IMG/VR virus record: IMGVR_UViG_3300015610_000939
Source: an uncultured virus (IMG/VR IMGVR_UViG_3300015610_000939)
Lineage: Duplodnaviria > Heunggongvirae > Uroviricota > Caudoviricetes
Strand: one strand, 5' to 3'
DNA: 64,000 nt
Within the stretch, counting starts at the first letter, position 1. Each line of letters begins with the position of its first letter. Positions 40,174 through 49,961 of the stretch are shown piece after piece. Under the pieces are notes generated by a model. That model was not told where the DNA came from. It saw nothing but the letters and a program-made list of their open reading frames with translations, and did no database searches. A program made the translations under genes and the position numbers.

Positions 40174-40440
40174 GTGGGCTATTACTACTACGGACTGTTG
40201 CAAAAGCGAACGGAATTTGACGACGCAAACCCACCAAAGGTGGTTGGTGGGTTTGTGATCCTCAAAAAGGGTACTTCTCGAAACCTTTTCAACGAAAAGG
40301 GAATTGAGGTCACTGCGTACTTTGATTGGATGGACGGGTACACAGTCAAGGCAACCATTCCCCAGCTCAACGAGCTCTTTGAGAGCGGATTGGTGAAAGT
40401 TGCGGAACCGGTGATCGTGGAGTCTATTCGCCGGAGGTAA
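40174..40440 (+). CDS. Hypothetical protein
   Basis: 88 aa ORF with AAGGA SD. Confidence 0.5.
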   Translation: MGYYYYGLLQKRTEFDDANPPKVVGGFVILKKGTSRNLFNEKGIEVTAYFDWMDGYTVKATIPQLNELFESGLVKVAEPVIVESIRRR

Positions 40441-40457
40441 ATGCTCTATTTAGTGGC

Positions 40458-41651
40458 ATGAAAGAATCCTCACTTTTCGAATTCCTTGAAAACACAGCCC
40501 AGCAAGAACTTGACGAGCTCTCCAAGATCAAGGAGCCAAAGAGAAGCGGGTTGGCTGTTGATCAGCTTGGTTTGAAGCCTGGAGGCGGTGTCCACAACAT
40601 CGTGACCGTCTACAACCAAGCAACTCCCGAGGAAAAGGAGTATTGGGGTAAATGGTATCACAACGCCAAATCGGATGTTGAGGACCTCGCCCTTGCCTTC
40701 AAACTCCCATTTCCTGTTGCAGCCGCAATTGTTGCCGTTCTATCTCCAGGCAACAAGTGGAATGGCAACCTTTCCGCTGCCGAGAAGCTCTTGAGAGGAG
40801 AGGAGAAGATCAATGCCTATCCTCGTCAGGTGCTCAGAGCCAAGGAGATCCTCAAGAAGGGGGATACCAAGCTCGTAACCGGCCCGAAGGTTACCGTCTT
40901 CTTCAAGTCCCTCATGGACCCTTCTTCTGTCGAGAAGGATATGGTACTTGATGGACACGCCATCAACATTTGGCGCGGTGCCAAGGAAAACCTCAAAGGG
41001 CTCAAGAATCCAAGCACCAAGGAAAGAGCTCAGATGATCCAGGACTACCAAGAAGCTGCTAAACAGCTCGGAGTTCCTGTTCAGGCTGTCCAAGCTACAA
41101 CTTGGTACATTTGGAAGTACACAGGAAAGACAGCTCCTCTTCCCGTGGAGAAGGGTGTCTACGATGTATCCAAGTTCGTTGGGGCCAAGCCCGCAAACGA
41201 CGTGGACGCCATCATGGAGGAGTTCCTGGACGAGTTCAATGCAATGGGCACAGGAGCCGTTCAAGGCTACACAGGACCCCTTGGAGGCGATCCTGAACCC
41301 ACCCACAAGAAGATGTGGAGCAATCCAAAGAATGAGGCTCTTGGGCCTGCTGCTAAGGTTGGATACAACCCCATGCCTTCCGAGCTTTGGGAGATTGAGT
41401 GGCCTATCCAAGAAAACGTCCTGGACCAGATGGGGCAGAAACACGTTGGCGAAGCTTCCAGGAAAAGTCCTTACGGGGACACTTACGTTGGGTTCTCTTC
41501 TGGAAAACACGAGGATGAATCGGGTAGAGAGAAGCAGAGCAAGATTGTCAAGAAGGTTAACAAGAACCTCAACAAGAAACCGTACAGTCTGCCCAACTCA
41601 CCAGGAATGGGAATCTCGATCACCCGACCCTCTTTGAAGGACAGAAAGTAG
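40458..41651 (+). CDS. Putative HhH-GPD/glycosylase-like phage protein (DUF7178-like) with extensions
   Basis: WY..A, AVLSP..KW..N, GPKV..F, VLDGHA, VQATTW pattern; TATTTA 5 nt before ATG. Confidence 0.55.
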   Translation: MKESSLFEFLENTAQQELDELSKIKEPKRSGLAVDQLGLKPGGGVHNIVTVYNQATPEEKEYWGKWYHNAKSDVEDLALAFKLPFPVAAAIVAVLSPGNKWNGNLSAAEKLLRGEEKINAYPRQVLRAKEILKKGDTKLVTGPKVTVFFKSLMDPSSVEKDMVLDGHAINIWRGAKENLKGLKNPSTKERAQMIQDYQEAAKQLGVPVQAVQATTWYIWKYTGKTAPLPVEKGVYDVSKFVGAKPANDVDAIMEEFLDEFNAMGTGAVQGYTGPLGGDPEPTHKKMWSNPKNEALGPAAKVGYNPMPSELWEIEWPIQENVLDQMGQKHVGEASRKSPYGDTYVGFSSGKHEDESGREKQSKIVKKVNKNLNKKPYSLPNSPGMGISITRPSLKDRK

Positions 41652-41695
41652 CTTCCCCGGTAACTTCTTCTTGGTCAGCGCACTATGCTATCTCC

Positions 41696-41941
41696 ATGGC
41701 AGAGAAAGCACCAAAGCGTACTCGACGCAAGAACAGTGAACCAGCCGCTACGACCACAGAGCCCGCAGCACCCAAGCAGATTGTTTGGATTTCGGCCTCG
41801 GATCTGAAGAGAGTTCTCGAAATCATGTCTGTTGCTGACAACATGACAATTCAGCAGGTCATTGATCGAATGAATGCGAAGATCACCGCCAAGGAGTTGA
41901 TGATCTTCCCTCAGTTCTCGAAAGTTGCGGTGAAGTCGTGA
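41696..41941 (+). CDS. Small hypothetical protein
   Basis: TATGCT 6 nt before ATG; coupled to thyA (GTGA). Confidence 0.55.
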   Translation: MAEKAPKRTRRKNSEPAATTTEPAAPKQIVWISASDLKRVLEIMSVADNMTIQQVIDRMNAKITAKELMIFPQFSKVAVKS

Positions 41942-42912
41942 AGCAATATCAGGAAATGCTTCGCCATATCCTTGAGAATGGCGAGTACATTGGGAATGGC
42001 AGGACCAAGGAAGGCTACTATAGCTGCTTTGGCTACCAGAACCGCTACAACCTCCGTGAAGGATTCCCCTTGCTCACCACAAAGAAGGTCCCCTTTCGCT
42101 TGATTGCCTCGGAGTTGCTCTGGTTTCTCAGCGGAAGCAGCAACGTCAAGGATCTGCAAGCTCAAAATAACCACATTTGGGATGAGTGGGCCACCAAGGA
42201 GCAATGCGCCAAGTTTGGACGCAAAGAAGGCGACCTGGGACCTGTCTATGGTCCTTTGTGGAGGAAGTGGGAAGCTGTGTCCAGGTGCACACCTCCTGTT
42301 TGGGAGCCGCTGTTCAACGCAAAAGGAGAACGGGTTTCGGCAATGCCTCCAAGAGCTCCATACATGAATCCCGACAACCCACGATTGGAAAGGGAATGGA
42401 ATGAGTTGTGGAGCATGGGATTGTCTGTGACCAAAATCGACCAAATTGCTCGTGTGATCGAGCGAATCAAGACGAATCCATCTTGCCGCAGGTTGATTGT
42501 CACGGGTTGGAACCCTGCAACCTGCGATCAAGTGAGCTTGCCCCCATGTCATACCCTGTTCCAGTTTCGGGTGTCTCATGGAGGAACGAGGTTGAACTGT
42601 CAGCTTTACCAGAGGAGCGCTGATGCCTTCCTGGGAGTTCCATTCAACATCGCTTCCTACGCTCTCCTGACCCATATGATTGCCCAGGTGACGGGTTTGG
42701 AGGTTGGGGAGTTTGTTCATAGTTTCGGCGATTTGCACATCTACGAGAATCACATGGATCAGGTGAAGCTCCAGCTTTCTCGTTCTCCATTGGCCCTTCC
42801 AACCCTGTGGTTGAACCCGGAAGTCAAGAACATCGACGACTTTAAGCTTGAAGACATTCGCCTGGACGGGTACGAGTCTCACCCAGCGATCAAGGGAGCT
42901 GTAGCGGTATGA
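41938..42912 (+). CDS. thyA: Thymidylate synthase
   Basis: [56 protein letters not shown]. Confidence 0.97.
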   Translation: MKQYQEMLRHILENGEYIGNGRTKEGYYSCFGYQNRYNLREGFPLLTTKKVPFRLIASELLWFLSGSSNVKDLQAQNNHIWDEWATKEQCAKFGRKEGDLGPVYGPLWRKWEAVSRCTPPVWEPLFNAKGERVSAMPPRAPYMNPDNPRLEREWNELWSMGLSVTKIDQIARVIERIKTNPSCRRLIVTGWNPATCDQVSLPPCHTLFQFRVSHGGTRLNCQLYQRSADAFLGVPFNIASYALLTHMIAQVTGLEVGEFVHSFGDLHIYENHMDQVKLQLSRSPLALPTLWLNPEVKNIDDFKLEDIRLDGYESHPAIKGAVAV

Positions 42913-43037
42913 TCGCAGAAAATTGCATCAAAAAGTGGAAAGTCACGGGTCTTCTTGAAGGGCTCTCGGGAGAACCTGAAAGTGGTTACGGGTTGAACCA
43001 TGAGCGAGTTCACGATCGGACAGAAGTTGGAAGGTGA
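42909..43037 (+). CDS. Short ORF encoding a major-capsid N-terminal-like fragment (possibly truncated)
   Basis: ATGA-coupled to thy[23 protein letters not shown] resembles the gp23-family N-terminal KW...LLEG. Confidence 0.55.
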   Translation: MIAENCIKKWKVTGLLEGLSGEPESGYGLNHERVHDRTEVGR

Positions 43038-43299
43038 TGGCCTTGCTTTTGAGGTCATCCAGGTTGAGCCTGTGGTAAGGGTCAAGTGCCTTACGGTTTC
43101 GAAGTTCTGGCAGAACGTCCACCGCGTTGCGATGCCAAACAACCCATCTGTGATGCAGGAGACCTGGGTGGTTGGGAAGGAATACGAGCTCCGGGAAGCG
43201 ACAGTTGTTCCTGAAAAGAGCAAAAACTACGTCGCTGCCAGCCATCTTTTGCCGTGGCATATTTTCTATACCAACGGATTGATTCAGCACTACCGTTGA
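43000..43299 (+). CDS. Hypothetical protein (paralogue of 43330-43581)
   Basis: Shares the DG/GGLAF.VI, C....W, VG..Y, PW....G pattern. Confidence 0.6.
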   Translation: MSEFTIGQKLEGDGLAFEVIQVEPVVRVKCLTVSKFWQNVHRVAMPNNPSVMQETWVVGKEYELREATVVPEKSKNYVAASHLLPWHIFYTNGLIQHYR

Positions 43300-43329
43300 C
43301 TTCCCGGTGATGGTGGTTACGGTTCCACC

Positions 43330-43581
43330 ATGAAACTCAATCTACCACTGGGATCTGAATATCGAACGGGCGATGGCGGGGGCCTTGCCTTCAAGGTGAT
43401 TTCTGACGGGCAGGTGGTCTGTACAGAACGAGCAGAGCACTGGAGCGGGTGGTTCGAGGTTGGCGGGTTGTACTCTCTTGAGGACAATGGCAACGTCGAT
43501 TCCCCTGACTGGAAACTTCCATCTGCTTGGTCTTGCTTCCCTTGGGTCACCCTCCGACCGGATGGTAAGATTTTCACTTGA
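43330..43581 (+). CDS. Hypothetical protein (paralogue of 43000-43299)
   Basis: TTGACT-16-TACGGT 6 nt before ATG. Confidence 0.6.
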   Translation: MKLNLPLGSEYRTGDGGGLAFKVISDGQVVCTERAEHWSGWFEVGGLYSLEDNGNVDSPDWKLPSAWSCFPWVTLRPDGKIFT

Positions 43582-43637
43582 CGGGCTTGGAAAACGAATT
43601 AGGTTGAAAGAACAGAGAGAGCAGAGGAGAGAATCAA

Positions 43638-44501
43638 ATGTGTATCATCGTTGTGAAGCCCGAGAAGGTCACGATTTCAGCAGACAGCTTCCGTACCATG
43701 TGGAAGGCCAACTCGGACGGTGCGGGCTTCATGTACGCAACCGGTGACAGGGTTGTTGTCTCGAAGGGCTTCATGAAGTTCAACGAGTTCTGGGATGCGT
43801 ACCAGGAAGCTGGACCGCTTCGCAAGATGGTCGTGCACTTCCGCATCAAGACCCACGGTGACGTGACTCCCGAGAACACCCACCCGTTTTGGGTTGTGAA
43901 GAACAAGCTCGCTCTTGCTCACAACGGCATCATTCGCTCGCTCACCAACCTCACCTCCGCCAAGGAGAGTGATTCGGCAGTGTTCGCTCGGATGCTTGCG
44001 GAGAACTACAAGAACCCGGCTTCGATCTTGAAGAACCCCTTCATTCGTGCCACTCTGGAGGCTTACATTGACTACTCCAAGGTTGTTTTCATGAACTCCG
44101 ATGGCGAAACCATCATCCTCAACGAGCACATGGGAACGTGGCACAAGAACGTGTGGTACTCGAACGACTCGTTCAAGGTTCCACAAGTCCTCATGAACAG
44201 CAAGGTTCCGAGCGCCGGAAAGGGAAAGGGTCAGAAGACCAAGACCTCTGACTTCCAGAAGGAGCTTGACGCGATCTTTGAGAGGTTTGGGAAGGATGCT
44301 GTCACAGACGGAGCTTCTTTCAAGCCCAACGCTCCGCTCACTGGCCCGAAGCTGATCCAGGCTCCTGAGCACTTTGCTCCCACAGCAAAGCCCGCTACTC
44401 CTCCAAAGAAGGATGGCAAGCCCACCACGGTCTTCCACGATGATGAAATCTTCAAGGAAGACTACGAGCTTGCAGCGGCGATGCAAAGCTGGAAGAACTG
44501 A
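43638..44501 (+). CDS. Class II glutamine amidotransferase (Ntn)
   Basis: N-terminal MC; NSDGAG, HFRIKTHG, HPF, AHNGII, SDS. Confidence 0.9.
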   Translation: MCIIVVKPEKVTISADSFRTMWKANSDGAGFMYATGDRVVVSKGFMKFNEFWDAYQEAGPLRKMVVHFRIKTHGDVTPENTHPFWVVKNKLALAHNGIIRSLTNLTSAKESDSAVFARMLAENYKNPASILKNPFIRATLEAYIDYSKVVFMNSDGETIILNEHMGTWHKNVWYSNDSFKVPQVLMNSKVPSAGKGKGQKTKTSDFQKELDAIFERFGKDAVTDGASFKPNAPLTGPKLIQAPEHFAPTAKPATPPKKDGKPTTVFHDDEIFKEDYELAAAMQSWKN

Positions 44502-44504
44502 GCC

Positions 44505-44672
44505 TTGTTCGGCAGACTGAACTATACACTCCTGGCACAGGAAATCGTAAAAGTGCAACCCATGAGCCTGCCATCTGGGTTGTGTTTCTACTTGGATTAC
44601 CAATACGGCAAGAAGAAGGAAAATCCCTTTCGGTGGACCTGTTTAAGGGTGCGATGCAAAGACAAGAAGTAA
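44505..44672 (+). CDS. 55 aa ORF encoding a major-capsid fragment (Gol-peptide-like region)
   Basis: TTG start after GGAAGA, in the same frame as the GATase stop; LLAQEIVKVQPMSLPSGLCFYLDYQYG matches the gp23-family L.A..I..VQPM..P.G..F.L...YG motif. Confidence 0.75.
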   Translation: MFGRLNYTLLAQEIVKVQPMSLPSGLCFYLDYQYGKKKENPFRWTCLRVRCKDKK

Positions 44673-45139
44673 GCTTGATTGTGGCGGCAGACGATGATGG
44701 GGTAATTGGGCACCACGGCTCTCTTCCTAGCTGGGATGCTCCTGGGGACCTGAAAAGGTTCAAGGAGCTCACCCTTGGGAAGAGCGTTATCATGGGCCGT
44801 AAGACCTATGAGTCGATTGGAAAGCCACTTCCAAACAGATGGAACATCGTCCTGAGTCGCTCTCTTCTTGAGGGTACGGGCATTCACATTGCTAGGTCCT
44901 GGGAAGAGGCATTGGGACTGGCAACTCTTTTCTCCCAAGGAGCCGAGATTATGGTGATTGGCGGGGCTGACATTTACAGCCAAGCTCTCCCATTCGCCTC
45001 CAGGGTGTATCTCACAAGAGTGTATGGGCGACATCCAGGTGATGCCTTTTTCCCTTCTCTTGACACCAAGAAGTGGAAGGTTGTTGAGAGCAAAGTCCTT
45101 CCAACCCATTCCTATCTGATTTACGACCGGATTGGTTAA
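44654..45139 (+). CDS. folA: Dihydrofolate reductase
   Basis: LIVAA...VIG..G.LP.W..PGDLKRFK, VIMGRKTYESIGKPLPNR, IGGA.IY, GDAFFP. Confidence 0.95.
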   Translation: MQRQEVSLIVAADDDGVIGHHGSLPSWDAPGDLKRFKELTLGKSVIMGRKTYESIGKPLPNRWNIVLSRSLLEGTGIHIARSWEEALGLATLFSQGAEIMVIGGADIYSQALPFASRVYLTRVYGRHPGDAFFPSLDTKKWKVVESKVLPTHSYLIYDRIG

Positions 45140-45171
45140 CTTTGGATCGAATAGGGACTACGGTAGTCCCC

Positions 45172-45636
45172 ATGACAAATGACAACTACGAATCGCTCGG
45201 CCAGAGGGTCGGAGCACTTGTTGATGTGAAGAACGCCGCCTATGGATCGAGCTTTGATGACGCAGGAGAGTTCCTGCGCTTGCTCTATCCAAATGGAATC
45301 CAACCTTCCCAGTACGGGGATGCCTTGGCGTTGGTTCGCATCTTCGACAAGATGAAACGAATCGCGACTGATAGGGATTCCCTTGGAGAGTCTCCCTACC
45401 AGGACATTGCTGGATACGGTCTGTTGGGCCTTAGAAGGGTCGAGAAAGCCAGAGGGCAGGTTGAAGCTGACGTTAGTCGTGTTTCAACCCTTCCTCCTCC
45501 TCCTCCGCTCCCTACGATGACAGGTGGCTCCTTGGCTGCTATGGTTGCCAATGGGATTCTTGAATCGGCTGCTAACCAGAAGGCTCCCGTTGGTGGAGTT
45601 CAGTTTACCGGGAAGAAAAGGAAGAAGAAGCTGTGA
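45172..45636 (+). CDS. DUF1599/Nmad1-like (MazG-like fold) protein
   Basis: [31 protein letters not shown]. Confidence 0.65.
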   Translation: MTNDNYESLGQRVGALVDVKNAAYGSSFDDAGEFLRLLYPNGIQPSQYGDALALVRIFDKMKRIATDRDSLGESPYQDIAGYGLLGLRRVEKARGQVEADVSRVSTLPPPPPLPTMTGGSLAAMVANGILESAANQKAPVGGVQFTGKKRKKKL

Positions 45637-46451
45637 CGTTCTACGAGATCCTGGGCGTTTCGCCTGAAGCTACCCCCGAAGAGATCAAGGCTGCTTACAG
45701 GGAATTGGCAAAGAAGTACCATCCCGATCGCAACCCTGGGGATAGTGCGGCGGAAGCCAAGATGAAAGAAGTCAACGAAGCGTACTCCACTCTTTCTGAT
45801 CCACAGAAGAGGGAGGAGTATGACTATTCCTTGAACGGGCCTGCATTTGACCCATTTGAGTACGCTTTCACCAATGCTTTCGTCAATAGGGCAATCAGGA
45901 CTGGCATCACCATCGACATTTCAATCAAGGAAGTCCTTGAGGGTGGCGAGAGGGAAGTGCCGATCAATTTGGTTAAGACTCGGCGTGTCGGCAAGGGGCT
46001 TGAATCCACTCCATACGAGCACATTCAGAAATTCAAGTTCCCGAAGGGTTGCAGGGATGGCATTTCCTTGATTTTCCGAGAGGAGATTGAGGGGACTCGG
46101 GTCGAACTGATTGTTTCCTTCCGGGTCAATGGGCCTTACAAGTTCGGCAACAACGGCGACGTTCTCACGGCTGTGTCGGTTGATTACCCAACCTTGGTGC
46201 TTGGTGGGACCAAGACCGTAACACTCCTTGATGGAACTAAGAAGGAGTTGAAGATCCCTGCTGGGTTTCAGCCCCTGTCTCCCATGAGGGTTGCCGGTGG
46301 TGGAATCCCAAGGGGGCCCAACGAGACCAGGGTCGGGGATTTGATCATCCGAATCGACCTGGAAAACTACATTCCAGAGAACATCCCCACGGAAGCCCTG
46401 GAAGCCATGAAGCTTTACAAGGAAAGGCTTGAACAAGTCGCGAAGCAGTAA
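45633..46451 (+). CDS. DnaJ/CbpA-like co-chaperone
   Basis: FYEILGV..A..EIK.AYR.LA.KYHPDRN; C-terminal substrate domain (GDL.I); no Zn finger. Confidence 0.92.
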   Translation: MTFYEILGVSPEATPEEIKAAYRELAKKYHPDRNPGDSAAEAKMKEVNEAYSTLSDPQKREEYDYSLNGPAFDPFEYAFTNAFVNRAIRTGITIDISIKEVLEGGEREVPINLVKTRRVGKGLESTPYEHIQKFKFPKGCRDGISLIFREEIEGTRVELIVSFRVNGPYKFGNNGDVLTAVSVDYPTLVLGGTKTVTLLDGTKKELKIPAGFQPLSPMRVAGGGIPRGPNETRVGDLIIRIDLENYIPENIPTEALEAMKLYKERLEQVAKQ

Positions 46452-46481
46452 ACACTCTAGCCATGACTAAGGGAAAAAGCA

Positions 46482-46826
46482 ATGACTAAGAAGGTCTACA
46501 AGTTCAGCGACCAAGTAGTTGGTCAAATCCGTGAGCTCCTGACAATGTGCATCATCACGCAACAGAGCGTTGTTGATCACTGCCGAGCTGTCCGCCTTGA
46601 GGAAAGCGAAGCGAATCCTGGCGTTCTGATCCTTTCGGAGGACTACGTGAAGGGTTGGAACGAGATGGGCGAAGCTCTCCAGAGGCAAGCTGAGGAGAAG
46701 GCAAGAGCTCAGGCTGCCACGCTGGCTACCGATGAAGTTGAGGAACCAGAGGAAGACATTGTGATTTCTCGCGATCCGACAACTGGTAAGCTTGTTGGCA
46801 AGCGGGAGAAAGCTCAGGCCAACTGA
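46482..46826 (+). CDS. Hypothetical protein
   Basis: 114 aa with AGGGA SD. Confidence 0.6.
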   Translation: MTKKVYKFSDQVVGQIRELLTMCIITQQSVVDHCRAVRLEESEANPGVLILSEDYVKGWNEMGEALQRQAEEKARAQAATLATDEVEEPEEDIVISRDPTTGKLVGKREKAQAN

Positions 46827-47038
46827 TGGCAACTGTGCGCGAGCTCATTCGTGCTCGTCACGATGCTGTGAGAGGGAAAGGCGTGGACTTCACTTTTTCC
46901 TTGACTTTCACACCAGAAGCGATGCACGAGATCGTGGCCATGGGAGATGAGTTCAACCGGATGTACAACTACACGGTTGGATTCATTCCGGGCTCCAAGA
47001 CGAAGTTGATTTGCATTTCTCTGAAGGAAAGACGATGA
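46826..47038 (+). CDS. Hypothetical protein
   Basis: Translationally coupled at both ends. Confidence 0.55.
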   Translation: MATVRELIRARHDAVRGKGVDFTFSLTFTPEAMHEIVAMGDEFNRMYNYTVGFIPGSKTKLICISLKERR

Positions 47039-47688
47039 ACAAGAAGGAACTCCTTGCAAAACTAGAGCTCTCGGACGCTTTCGAGGACTTCTCTGCCATC
47101 CCAGGAACTCGCCTTTGGGGTTGGAACGGAGATAGGCAAATCTTCCCAGGTTTGGTAAGTCATCTCCGTCCCAAGTTGATCATTGAGGTTGGTAGCTGGA
47201 TGGGGTTGAGCGCAGCTAACCTTGCAAACTCCTGCACTGCCTTGGACCTTGACACGGCTGTGATTTGCATTGATACTTGGCTTGGTTCCAAGGAGCACTG
47301 GAGAGATCCTGAGCTCAAGAAGCACCTTGAAATGGAGAATGGCCGCCCAACCTTTTACAAGAGGTTTTTGAGCAACATGATCCAAGCCGGGTGTGCTGAC
47401 AAGATCGTTCCATTGTCGATGCCAAGCCAAATTGGAGCTTCCTTTTTGCGGGACTTCGAGCTCCAGGCTGATTTGATCTACATTGACGGAAGTCACGACG
47501 AAAAGGATGTGTATGACGACCTTATCGCTTATTGGGAGCTACTATCTCCTGGCGGTGCTATTTTCGGTGATGATTGGCCTTGGGATAGTGTCTCTAATGC
47601 TGTCAAGGCGTTCTGCGCCGAGGTAGGAGTTCCTTACCAAGTGAACGACATCAACTGGGTCATCCGTAAGTCGGCTGATCCCGAGTGA
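47035..47688 (+). CDS. Class I SAM-dependent methyltransferase (Methyltransf_24-like)
   Basis: IIEVGSWMGLS, CIDTW, DLIYIDGSH, GDDW. Confidence 0.88.
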   Translation: MNKKELLAKLELSDAFEDFSAIPGTRLWGWNGDRQIFPGLVSHLRPKLIIEVGSWMGLSAANLANSCTALDLDTAVICIDTWLGSKEHWRDPELKKHLEMENGRPTFYKRFLSNMIQAGCADKIVPLSMPSQIGASFLRDFELQADLIYIDGSHDEKDVYDDLIAYWELLSPGGAIFGDDWPWDSVSNAVKAFCAEVGVPYQVNDINWVIRKSADPE

Positions 47689-48168
47689 TCAAGTTCTGAA
47701 AAAGTCCAGGAACATTTCACGGATCTTTTTCACCAAACCAGTCTTTTCCTCTTGAGCTTCGCTGTCCTTGTGGACCTGAGCAAGCTTGAGTAATGCAGAG
47801 TCCGTAACAGCAATTGGAGCGATCGGTAGGTTGTCTCCATACCTTGCGTTACTACGGACGGGGTCCTTTCCAAGCTCCACAAAGATGATTGGATTGCTGG
47901 ACTCGTCGTAGAGATGTGTCGGGAGTCCAACAACCTTCTCATCGTAGAGGAAGACGTAGAAGGTGGCTACCCTACCATTGATCGGCTGTGGCACCCTTGA
48001 GCCAATGTAAAGCAGGGCTGTTTCGCTGCTGTTAATGTTCACAAGTCCTCGATACGACAGGATATCGGTTGAAGCCATCCCGTCGAATTCGAACATCGCC
48101 ACCGGGAAATCCCCAATGATGTAGAACAGCTTGCCTTCGTCACTTGCGGAGAACCTATTTGTCGTCAT
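47689..48168 (-). CDS. Hypothetical protein
   Basis: 159 aa ORF following the KTSC gene. Confidence 0.55.
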   Translation of the reverse strand: MTTNRFSASDEGKLFYIIGDFPVAMFEFDGMASTDILSYRGLVNINSSETALLYIGSRVPQPINGRVATFYVFLYDEKVVGLPTHLYDESSNPIIFVELGKDPVRSNARYGDNLPIAPIAVTDSALLKLAQVHKDSEAQEEKTGLVKKIREMFLDFFRT

Positions 48169-48406
48169 CTTCCTGCTTTACTCTCTGGTACTCAAATGTC
48201 TTCTTGATGTTCTTGGTGAACCACTTCCCAAGACTCTCTCCACCCAGCTCAGCCAGTCTTTGAAACTCCTCCACAACCTCTTCAGGGACAAAGAAGTAGT
48301 CATAGACGTAGCCGCTCAAGAAGAATACCCGGAGAATCCTCTCTTCCTTATCATACTGGAAAGAGTGAAGCAGGGAACTGCCCTTGCACCGAACTGGTTC
48401 AGCCAT
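48155..48406 (-). CDS. KTSC-domain protein
   Basis: SSLL.S..YD.....L.V.F..G..Y.Y..VP......S.GKWF...IK. Confidence 0.85.
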   Translation of the reverse strand: MAEPVRCKGSSLLHSFQYDKEERILRVFFLSGYVYDYFFVPEEVVEEFQRLAELGGESLGKWFTKNIKKTFEYQRVKQEDDDK

Positions 48407-48604
48407 CCCCACATTTGCTTTTCAAGTTTCTCAATTGTCTGAATGTCGACCTGAATAGATTCCAGATTAAGTTTACAAAACTGGAGCCTTCTATTCGCCT
48501 AACATCTCGTAATCACTTGAGAAAGGTGGCGAGAATGTACCGGAGAAATAATATTTCCCTTGACCCCGGCGAAACAGACATTATTCTTGAATAGAGGTGT
48601 TCAG

Positions 48605-49630
48605 ATGAGTCTTGCCTTCCAACGGAACGAACGTCGTCGCTGTTCTCGCTGTGGTTTGCCCCTGGAAGACCCAGCGAGTGAAGAAAGGGGCTATGGTCCC
48701 ATTTGTGCAAGGAAGGATACCCACCTTTACGCAAAGACCATTGAGGCGAACTACCCGTTTGCCATCTCGATCATTTGGGGAATGAACCCCGAGAACCTCC
48801 CGGAAGCCTGCCTCCCGAAGTTCAATGAGATCCGCGATGCCTTGCTCAAGCATAGCAACAAGGCTGCCATGGCTTCGGAAGGCGGAAGGGAGTTTGAGCT
48901 GACTGGGGAGGATCTTCGGAAGATCATCAAGGGGCTGGACTGGATTCTCTCTTTCAGGATGGAAGAGAAGGACCGAGCGCTCCTTGTCTCCGCTGTCAAG
49001 TGGCTTGGGTACAACGCCCTCGCTGCTGTCCTCTCCCTGGAAGCTTCCACCTCGTCGGCTCCTCTCTGGTTCAAGGACGGATTCCTCTACCTCAAGGGGG
49101 CTTCCTGCAAGGCTGGCTTCCTTGCAATGAAGGCTATTCCCGGCATCAAAGTCCCAGCTCGAAGGGGTAACGGCGAACCATTCTCTGTTCCAGCAACCCA
49201 GGCGGCTCCGTTCCTTGAAGCTGTCCAGAACTTCTGGCCCTTCTATGTCATCTCGGATGCCAACGGTCAGCCTGTTGAAGGCGGAACCATCCAGCAGCTT
49301 GCCCAGGAAGCCGCACAGTGGGTCGAAAACAACCCAATGGCGGTTCCCTCGTTCGAGGAATTGGAAGCCGCTGAGGGGGCTGATAAGAAGCCTGTGATCA
49401 TCACCAGGACCAATGGAGACTGGACGGCATTCGTGCTTCCTTGGCTGAAAAACCAAAATCAAGCGATGTACGCTCTCATCGGTGAGATCAAGAAGATCCC
49501 GGTCAAGCAGAGGAAGTACAATCCTGCCACAAAGGAGTGGACAACCCATGCCTCGCATGGAGAGGCTATCAAGCGACTCCTCGGGGAGTTGTTCACAGTG
49601 AAGGAAATGGTGAATGGTAGACTCTCTTGA
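48605..49630 (+). CDS. DUF6011-like Zn-finger protein with possible C-terminal HARP-like motif
   Basis: CSRCGLPLEDPASEERGYGPIC; RKYNPATKEW; TTGACC..TATTCT promoter-like sequence and GAGGTG SD. Confidence 0.7.
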   Translation: MSLAFQRNERRRCSRCGLPLEDPASEERGYGPICARKDTHLYAKTIEANYPFAISIIWGMNPENLPEACLPKFNEIRDALLKHSNKAAMASEGGREFELTGEDLRKIIKGLDWILSFRMEEKDRALLVSAVKWLGYNALAAVLSLEASTSSAPLWFKDGFLYLKGASCKAGFLAMKAIPGIKVPARRGNGEPFSVPATQAAPFLEAVQNFWPFYVISDANGQPVEGGTIQQLAQEAAQWVENNPMAVPSFEELEAAEGADKKPVIITRTNGDWTAFVLPWLKNQNQAMYALIGEIKKIPVKQRKYNPATKEWTTHASHGEAIKRLLGELFTVKEMVNGRLS

Positions 49631-49961
49631 AGCGATCAAGGCAAGGATGCCGTTTTTGGTGTTGACACAGCCGTACGTCTCGTATGCTGATCACACGACA
49701 GATACCTTTTGGTTCTCCAGGGTTACAGCTTGCGAGTTGGATTACCACTCCCTGAAGTTCAACCCGGAATACTGGCGAGGCACCTTCGTGATCGGGCTCA
49801 ACAAGCGGAGCTCCCTGGTGGAGTTCCTCTCGGTTGGGATCATCAAGGAGACCAAGCTCCCTACGGTTGACCTGATCCAGGCGTTGCTTGGCGATCTGTA
49901 CTTCGTCACAGCAACCAGAGGGAACCAACACTCCTACGACGTGTTCCTTTCGCCAAAATGA
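49614..49961 (+). CDS. Hypothetical protein
   Basis: 115 aa, overlapping the upstream stop. Confidence 0.5.
   Translation: MVDSLEAIKARMPFLVLTQPYVSYADHTTDTFWFSRVTACELDYHSLKFNPEYWRGTFVIGLNKRSSLVEFLSVGIIKETKLPTVDLIQALLGDLYFVTATRGNQHSYDVFLSPK

Noticed and set aside
43638..47688. DNA hypermodification cluster (GATase, Nmad1-like, methyltransferase)
   Set aside because: ThyA looks canonical, dUTPase and TK are present, and no purZ, queuosine-type or glycosyltransferase genes were seen; genes are interspersed with unrelated ones.
48413..48559. Possible ORF or ncRNA in the AT-richer gap
   Set aside because: No convincing start or structure; explained as a divergent promoter region.
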